Positions 55,511 to 64,000 of a stretch of 64,000 bases of DNA are shown here, one piece after another. The translations under genes were made by a program, and so were the position numbers. The DNA comes from Lama glama. Its lineage: Eukaryota. Position 1 is the stretch's first letter; every line of letters begins with the position of its first letter. The notes under the pieces are model-generated. The model was not told the origin of the DNA and did no database searches. It saw nothing but the letters and a program-made list of their open reading frames with translations. The DNA is taken from assembly GCA_028534125.1 (NCBI GenBank), contig CM052816.1:85810001-85874000 (forward strand), in the 5' to 3' direction.

Positions 55511-56384
55511 TTTCACTGCCTCTTCCTTTACTGCTCACTCTTGCTTCTTGCTGTCCTAAATTCGAAACTCCCGAATAAATTATTAGAACTTGAATCCTAA
55601 CTCAGGTTCTCCTCCCTAGAGGACTTGACTCAGTCAATATATGAAGGGCTTAGAAAAATTCTTGGCATAATTTAAGTGCTGTACAAGCATTATTATTGAA
55701 GTTATTATTAATAAAGTTATTATTGTTAGCATTAGCATTGTTTGTAATAGAATTTACTGATCCAACCTGTATTTAATTTTTAGTTTTTCCTTAAAGTCTG
55801 TAATGTAGCATGTTATATTTTCCACCTTCCAGATAAGGTAATATTTTTCTATAATTTAACATTGTTCCTTCTGATGACCTTTTGTTTAAGGTGTCTCTCT
55901 TTTTTAAAGACTATATGGATGATTTCAATGTTTTTGTTTCTTTGCTGATTTTGGAACCTAGACTGACAGATTTTTTTCTTTTTTTTTATCTTAAGTTCAT
56001 TCACTTTTACTTTGAAATGGCTTTATTTAATATATATGTATTATATGATTATATATTTATACAAAAAAGTACATGTTCTTTATTGAATTATTTTGAATAT
56101 ATTGATACTGAGTTTTTTTAAGAATCAATTTCCTTTTAGTAGTTTACAAGTTACATTTCTTCTGTTTATCTTCTGCTATTCGTTTTGCCTAAAATTCTAC
56201 CCATCATATTTAACCAAGTCTATTCGTTATTCAATATAAAAAAAAATTGCTTAAAGACCTTAGAGTAGTGAAATCTAATTGCTAGCCTAATGGCTTACAT
56301 TTTCCAATAGTTTTTTCTAACATTTTAAATTGCTGATCATTTTATACTATTACTACTACTATTATTACTATTTTAAATTAAAAT

Positions 56385-56599
56385 GTTATTCTCTCTTCTG
56401 CAACTTTTTATCTCTGTATGAATGGAAAAGTGCTGTACTATTAAAGGTCAGAGCCTTGAGAATGGACTATCCTGTAAATTCCAGGCTATAGGCAACTATA
56501 CAAGGTGCAGAGCCAGCATGACTAAACACAGGCAGCAGAGAGCAAGGTTAGAGACAAAGGAATAGATTCAATATGGAGTTAGGTTTGTTCTATGTTACA
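56385..56599 (-). mobile_element. Partial ERV1 LTR related to 12967-13451
   Basis: Shares CTGCAACTTTTTA, CAGGCTATAGGCAAC, CAGAGCCAGCATGA, AAGGTTAGAG and ATGGAGTT in the same order; ends ...TGTTACA. Confidence 0.8.
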
Positions 56600-57329
56600 C
56601 CAACACCACTATATGGTAGATTCCTTGAGGAGTCATTTTTTTTCATAAGGATACTGCAAAAGATAATTTTTAATAATTATGATTGGTTTCTGAAGACTGT
56701 AAGAATTAGAACTTAAAAATGGCAGTAACTAATATTAGTAATACAGATGATATAACAGATGGGAACAAATTTGGAAATCATGAAGCTACAAAGGGAAAAA
56801 CAAATAATAATTTTACTAAACCTGAGTGGCTTAATTAGAAACAGTGTGTTGAGCCAATTTATATAGAGCTCTGGCCACAAATAAAGTGATCTAGTCTTAA
56901 GACAGTACTGATCTTACTGATCTATTTTAATATTTCAGGCAGAGAAGTCAGTTAAACAGATCAGCGTTTTAGTTTAAGGAATCCAGGTTCTTTGTGTAGG
57001 ATTTATTCAGATGGGAAAGTCTGTAGATAAGAAGGCGCTTTGGAAGATGCTCATTATTAAATTTCAGATCATAAAATATAAGGAACTGTATTATAATAGG
57101 GAGTGGGATTGGGGATCAAAATGAATAAAAATAAATATGCTACATATTAAATTAAAAAAATTTTCTTAACTTTAATCTTCATTATGAATTTAGGATTTTA
57201 AAGAAGTCAGTATAGAATGTGAGAAAGGAAGAAAATGGGGAAAAGGGAACATTCAACAGAAAAAAATGATTAGGCTATTAAAGGATTCTGTGTGTGTAAT
57301 AATTGATTACCATTCTCATACCTCTAACT

Positions 57330-57900
57330 TACCTACCATCTTTTGTATCCAATAATTCTAATCCTCAACAGTATCTAATTAGAATTAGCTGACATCCTCA
57401 CCTTTTCTTTCATTCTCATAATTCTATAATGATATACTCTGATGCATAATAATTATTGGACTAATCTGTAGTCCTATTTGATTGTAGATTATAAATTTTG
57501 TAAGGTAAACCCAACCTCATGTATCACCATGACCCATACAGCATACACTCTATCCTCATCAATATGCATTTTATCACCTGAACACACACTGTTTGTTGAC
57601 AGTATTGTGTTTATATTACTGTTATTGCCAAGAATGTTCTTCTGCCCTTCTTCATTTGAAAAAAAAATATTCTACTCATTTTTAGAGGTCCAGTTCAAAT
57701 ATTGCCTCCTCTGTGAAGGCATTTTTGCTATTCTTTCACTCAGTTCTCTTGACATAGCTCTGTTATATATTATATATAATATATCAGTTCTACAAATGTG
57801 TTTTTTACCCTATATTTAATCTCCTTCAAAGCAGGAAGGTGATTTTCTTCATGTACAAATTCAGCCTCACATTGTTATTGTGAGAATTAGGTGTAAAATA
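57330..57900 (+). mobile_element. Decayed L2 fragment
   Basis: GCCAAGAATGTTCTTCTGCCC...TTCTACTCATTTTTAGAGGTCCAGTTCAAATATTGCCTCCTCTGTGAAGGC resembles L2. Confidence 0.6.
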
Positions 57901-57934
57901 TCTAGAAAGGTACATAAACCAGAATTGGACAGAC

Positions 57935-58145
57935 TCTCTTGTTGTAACAAACAACCTGAATAGCTCAGCAGCCACATGTTTATTGTGGGTCAGTGAGGGC
58001 ACTCTGCTTCCACTTTTTGTCACTGATGGAGACTCCATCTTGACATATGTTTTCAATATTGCAGAGACAAGGAAAACCACAGTCTGGCTCTTGTAACTTA
58101 TGCTGGTAAGTGAGGAAAGCAGTTTCTGATGACATTAATATCTGG
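57935..58145 (-). mobile_element. MLT1 LTR fragment
   Basis: TTGTAACAAACAACC...GTGGGTCAG...CTCCATCT...GGCTCTT...GTAAGTGA resembles reverse-strand old MLT1. Confidence 0.45.
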
Positions 58146-59440
58146 TAATTTATGTGCTAGATTTGATTGTGAAGATTACATATTGAGATTTCTTATTATT
58201 TATGTTGTATGATGTTAGTACACATCCCTAAGTGTTGAAGTGCACTGTATAGAGTTTGGATTTCAAATTTTGGAGGAAAAAGTAAACAAAGAGTCATAAG
58301 ACAAAATGAAGCTTTCAACAAAGTACACAGACTATCATTTTATCTTATGACTGTATTCTCAATTGATCTGTCTCTTTACAAAGGGGTAGATCATGTTCAC
58401 CTATTCTGTGTATTTTTTAAATGTGTTTCTCTTTAATGCACAATGAATGCATTTATCTTCTCATATGGATTCAAAACTAAACACCAGCTTATGTTACAAG
58501 TGAGTTGAATAAGAAGTATCTTTTGATTTGTGAGAGTTCATGAATATTGGTAATGACACACAGTAATTACTGTAATAATTCCAAGCAAAGAATATAGCAC
58601 TATATGCCTGTGGAGAAAATGGTCTACTCCTAAAAATACAAATAGCTGAAGTTTATTGATAAGCTATGCCAAATGAGATGCAAAACTTGAAAAGATATTT
58701 TCTGTGATACTTTAATTATAGACACAGTATTAAGACAAATTTGGGAGTAATTCTTAAAACTGTGGTCAGTTATTAACATCTGAATGACTGTGGTAACATA
58801 GTGACAGCACATGACTTGGGAGATCATAAGAAGTGAAACGAGAAAATTTTAGTTAAAAGATGTACATTTTAATGAGAATTGAGTATATCAGCATTTTATG
58901 TTCAAGCTTAATATTGAATTTTAATTAAAATTGGGCTTTAATTGTATAGAATATCACATGGTATTCTTTGTAAGTAAATAAAACAATAAACCCAGTAGGG
59001 CAATAAGTAATAGATTTTTTAATATACAATCTTGGAACATTACACTTGGTGGACATATAACCCTAGTGACTTCATTCCCCTGAAGATGCTGTATGGTGTT
59101 AGCATACTACTATTCAGTGAACTTCTGAGAGATAAGGCTTTCAAATATGATACACACTTATCTGAAATCCTATTCAAATTCAAACATCATAAAAATGGTT
59201 TCTGAAAATCAGATACAGAATTCTGCAGTATATGGCTTCTTAACTCCAATCTCCTAGATTTTAGCTGTCTTGATTTTGGCCTTTAAATAACTATCTCAGC
59301 AGCCAGTTGTATACCTATACTTTTTTCATCAATGTTTAATTCTCTTAATTTTTAAAAATAACTTAGTAAATATGAACTATATTAAACAGGAAAATAGGAA
59401 AAATGTTTTCCAACAACAGTAAATATGAAAAGAAAAGCAT

Positions 59441-59853
59441 TGAATTATTCAGGTTCTCCAAAGAAACAACCAAGATCTGCAGTCAACAAACTGACAGTCC
59501 AGGAGAGCTGATGGTATAAGTTCCAGTCAAAGGCCAACAGGTTTGAAACCCAGGAAAAACCAGTGTTTTTCAGTTGAAATTCAAAGGTGGGAAAATAAAC
59601 CAAAATTTCAGATCAAGCCATTCAGGCAGGAAGAGTTCCCTTATACTTGCAAATGATCAGCCTTTTTGTTTTGTTCAGTCCTTAAACTGATAGATGAGTC
59701 CTATTCACATTAGGGAGGGCAATCTGCTTTACTTAGTCTGATTCAAACATTAATCTCATCCAAAACACCCTCACAGACATATTGAGAATGTTTCACCAAA
59801 TATCTGGGCACTCCATGACCCAATCAAATTGATAAATAAAATTAATCATCACA
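59441..59853 (-). mobile_element. ERVL solo LTR (MLT2B-like)
   Basis: CAGGTTCTCCAAAGAAACA...CAGGAGAGCTGATGGT...AGGGAGGGCAATCTGCTTTACTTAGTCT...AAAATTAATCATCACA; TG...CA termini. Confidence 0.88.
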
Positions 59854-60181
59854 GTTATGCAGTAATACATTAAAAATATGCATGTTAACATATATGTATG
59901 TTTTCCTTCTGATTACAGAATAATAAATAAGCCTCTTAAAATATGGAAACCATAAAAAACGAGCAAAGAACAAATTGCACATAAATCAATTGAGGTATCA
60001 GATATAAATAAAAGATGCATAGTGCAGTTAACTTAAGTGAACAAAAGAATTTCTGTAAAGAATACTTGGATTTAACGGGAATTTAAGCATAATTGAGCAA
60101 GCTGTCCTAACAAAAGAGAAGGCACTAGGGAAAGTTCAACGTACACACCAAGAAACAGCAGGTTATAGATGGTGTCTACTC

Positions 60182-60845
60182 TGTTGTGGCCATGCTATAG
60201 GGAGGAATGAACCCCTATTCAAAATAAATTTCAGATGTAGAGACTGATGACACCACACACAAACCAAGAAGGCAGGGCAAACCTCCTAAGAGTGCAAGGA
60301 TGGGGAATAGTTTGAGGTTTCTGTGGTGTTTAGAGGGTAGGGCTGAGGATTCCTATGCTAAGTAAGTGGCATGTGTGGTTTGAAACTACCAGTTGTGTCA
60401 AACAGGGAGCATCCAGACTTTTTTATCAGCTTATCCAAATGTGAGGCAAAGTGGAAGTGAGAGAGATGAGGCTTAAAAACTATAGATGGAGCTCAAGGGA
60501 TTTTTAGGTCAATGAAATTATTATGTATGATACTGTAGTGGTGGCTACATGTCATTATGCATTTGTCAAAACCCATAGAATGTACAACATCAAGAGTGAA
60601 CCCTAATGTAAACTATGGACTTTGGTTGATAATAATGTGTCCATGTTGGTTCATTGATTGTATCAGATATGCCACACTGATGAAGGATGTTGAGAGTAGG
60701 GGAGTATATATGCGTGGGTGGGGAGGGCTATGTGCAGACTCTGTATTTTTTGCTCAGTTCTGCTGTGAACCTACAGCTGCTTTAATAAAAATTAAAAAAA
60801 AAACTATCAGTAGTCAAAAATAGGGCTTGATTCCTTATTCTATAC
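60182..60845 (-). mobile_element. ERVL LTR (MER74-like) interrupted by an L1 3' end
   Basis: TGTTGTGGCCATGCTATAGGGAGGAATGAACCCC...TTTCAGATGTAGAGACTGATGACACCACACAC; sequence resumes after the L1 A-tail. Confidence 0.6.
60484..60798 (+). mobile_element. L1MC-like 3' end with intact TSD
   Basis: CCCATAGAATGTACAACATCAAGAGTGAACCCTAATGTAAACTATGGACTTTGG; AATAAA plus poly-A; TSD AAAAACTAT at 60475-60483 and 60799-60807. Confidence 0.9.
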
Positions 60846-61664
60846 TGTGATCAACTTACATGTGCCACAGTGTTCTCCAAAAAGGATGAGGTTGCAGGCA
60901 TTGCCAGCAATGTTTTCTTGCCTATACTAGCATCCGGGGGATATGATCTGTACTTACTGATTCATTTAACACGTACCTGGGTGACTGCCACACGAGAGGC
61001 GATGCTCTAGTCTGGGCACTTCAAGTCACTGAACCAGGTCCCGAGTCAGTGAAGGAAGGGAACAACAAATTCTGTGGTTAACAGCAATGCAAAGCCCTGG
61101 AGCTCCTGTTCTGATTCCTTACAAACGTCCCCTTCTTTCTAAGCATTGGTCTCTTAATGTGTCCTGTGATTTTTTTTTTTTTTACTGCTTTTAAGTCCTT
61201 TTATTATGGTTAATTCAGTGTTGTTAAATTTTAATTCTGTCAGAGACTGCTGACAACATTGAAAACAAATCAGAAGTTCAAAGGATGTTATTCCACTGGT
61301 AGACAGGGTAAATATCTTAACAAAACTTGACTCTAATAGATAAAGAAGATTAATCTGATAGTGAAGTTTTTGTTTATTCCCATAGTGCTGTTTTATTTAT
61401 GAGTTTGAACTAACTGGTGCTGTTACATAGAGCAATATTTAAAGACATTCAATGTATTTTTCCCTATCCTTTTGCTAGGCAAGGAATATCATCTACATAA
61501 GCCTTTTTAGTATATAAGATTTATGATACAGAGATTTCTTTTACTGTGTTACTCTTCCGTGTGTGTGCGTGTGTGTGTGTATGACAACTACTTCCAATTT
61601 AATCAGTCATGCTATGACTTAATGGAATATGTTTTGGATATGACCCAGTAAATGAAAACAACAA

Positions 61665-61880
61665 GTAAACTTGGAATTAGAAGATAGAGTTATGACTTTG
61701 ATTCTATACTGGCTAGCTGTTTCTTCTGAGATAAATCAGTTAATAAAACAAAGCTAGAAATTGAGATCTCTTCTGCGCTTTCCTTTCTAAAGGGTCACTA
61801 TCTTCGTATGTAGAGTGAGGGATTTAGCTGAGCAGACCTTTAGGAAAGCATCCAAATGTATAGCTTAAAATCTATAAATC
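61665..61880 (+). mobile_element. MIR-family relic
   Basis: AACTTGGAATTAGAAGA...CTAGCTGT...GATAAATCAGTTAA...CTATCTTCGTATGTAGAGTGAGGG. Confidence 0.4.
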
Positions 61881-64000
61881 ACTTTGACAACAGGTTGAGG
61901 GCGACTAAGATTTATTTAACATCGGAAATCATTGATTTCTCCTTTCTCATTCGTTCTTTGATATTTAGGACTGACAATTACTAACCGGCATTAGAGTTTA
62001 GAAATACTATATAACTCAAATCCATGAATTTGGGCAATAATTTCTTGTTCTTGAATAAACACTAGTGATTGAAAATGTGTCATATTTTTCAGTTGTATTT
62101 GAAAATTGAAGTATTGGGTGGCTCTCAGTATTGACAGAAACAATCTTCCATAGTAAAATAAGATTTAAAGATTAAACCATACAACATCCCAGCATATTTT
62201 TGTTACAGGAATGTACTTAATTCTCAGTCCTTGATAGTGCAAAAAATTATACCAGTTTTATAAACTGTATTAATTTAAGTGTTCATTTATAAAATATTAA
62301 ATTATATTGTAAAAAGTTTATTGAAATTATAGTCCTGTAAAAATAACTTTTTTTAATTAATGGTGAATGATTTTCAATGAATTATTGCCATCACTGAATA
62401 TTACACTAAAGTTTATTGTTTATTAATTTGTAAATATGTCATATTATTGTATATAGCCATTATGTCAGGCCTGATCCTACAACTTTGCACACATTTCTGA
62501 AGTAGTATCATCTTAGTAAGTTCATTTATGTTGAGTACAAAGCATGATGTTGAAGTAAATGTAAATAAACAATACTTATGTTTGGTTGGAAAATCAACTT
62601 TAGCCACTCAGTATGTAGAAACACAAGGAAATTATAATATAGAGAAATGTAAAAAATATATCCTGGAATCTCAAAAAACCCAAACTTAGGGCAGTATCAT
62701 AAAAAATATGTTTATTAAATAGCTTAAATAATCTATTTTCTCTTCTGAAAGTACATTAAAGACTTCCAGTTCATAAATCAAAGCAAATACTTTGAAATTT
62801 GCTTCTTCTCAATGTTTTTAAGTCTTCCAGTCCCTTTGCCCATAATTCTCAATTCCTCCTCACATACAAAATCACTTTAAATTCTCTTTTTCTCCCTGGC
62901 CTCATATCCTTATCTTTATGTTTCATAGATAAAACCGATATTTTTTTCCAGGGCAATCTTCTATTATTTCACTGCTGAAGACCCACCTTGATAAGTAACT
63001 TTGAGTTTGGGAAAATGTGAGACAGAAAAAGAAACATGTTTGAAAATACCTTTTTTTTTTTCCTAACAAAAGAAACCAGAGGACTATCTGTACTAAGACA
63101 TTCTTTATCAGGCCTCTTAGACTCACAAACACACAAACACATATATCCTTACCTACATACAAGGCTGTAGTTTTTAATATGATATTGTTTATTATGGTAC
63201 CAGATGTAACCAAGTTTAAATAATATGAGTGTCTGTGAAGAGACGATTAAGTGGTCTATTAAAATATGTTTATTATATTAAAATAATTTATTTACAATAA
63301 GTACAGGCCCAGTCAGGGAAAAAGAAAGCTAGTTCCCTCTCTCTCTCTGTCTCACTCTCTCTGTCTCTATTTTTCTATGTACAATTTTTATATATTTATG
63401 AGATTTACCGAAGTTTTACATGAGATTAGAAATTGAGCTCATATACTTTTTAATGTCCTACTTATTACAATTGAATGTGTTATTTTTACTTTTAAACTTA
63501 AACATTTGGTAAAGAGAAAAGCATGTAAGCAGTTTATTAGATAAGTGTGTGTGTTGGAAAGAAAAGGAATTGTGAAAGTCAGTGGAGATCTGTCTGAATC
63601 CCGTGGCCCAACCCAGTGGACTCATGTATGAGTCTTGGGATAAATGGGTGGACCTGTCTCTGCTGGCATTAGGAAACGAGAACAGCTCTGGCCCAGGTAA
63701 CATATTATAACCCAAGCTTGGAGAGAAAGTCACTCCTCACATATTTGCAAGGTGCTGGGCATGATGATATCAGCAATGCCTTAATATGTTAGCAAATGGC
63801 AATAACAGCAGGGTTGGACATTTTTGAAGTTAGGACCCTGAACTAACTTCAGAATTACCTAGTTTGGCAGTTGTGCAAGTGATTCAAGTTGTTTGAGGAC
63901 AGACAACTAAGAAAGAGGATGTCACAAGAGTAAATAAGACTTTGTTAAGAACACACGTAGGCCCTTCTAAAGATACTCCAAAACAATTTAGGGTGTGTGT

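Noticed and set aside
1..64000. CRISPR arrays, operons or prokaryotic defence systems
   Set aside because: The DNA is mammalian; there are no regularly spaced direct repeats or gene clusters

Overview
AT-rich, CpG-poor placental-mammal genomic DNA, either a gene desert or a deep intron. I can support no protein-coding exon, rRNA, tRNA or CRISPR array. Roughly half the window is interspersed repeats: many decayed LINE-1 copies of several ages (including a ~17 kb nested L1 cluster at ~20-37 kb), ERV1/ERVL/MaLR solo LTRs, MIR and L2 relics, MER58A and Tigger1 DNA-transposon pieces, and microsatellites. There is a 500-N scaffolding gap at 52533-53032. The youngest L1 3' UTR and the absence of any recognisable young tRNA- or 7SL-derived SINE suggest a cetartiodactyl, most likely a camelid (inference). 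The longer ORFs in the supplied track are L1 remnants, L1 antisense frames or gap artefacts. The best unexplained signal is a near-perfect ~72-nt hairpin at 16828-16899. Next is an L1 lineage with a doubled 3' UTR whose two short copies share almost the same 5' breakpoint. I found no convincing new multi-gene biological system. Repeat subfamily names are from visual recall of consensus sequences and need RepeatMasker/Dfam confirmation; most repeat boundaries are approximate.
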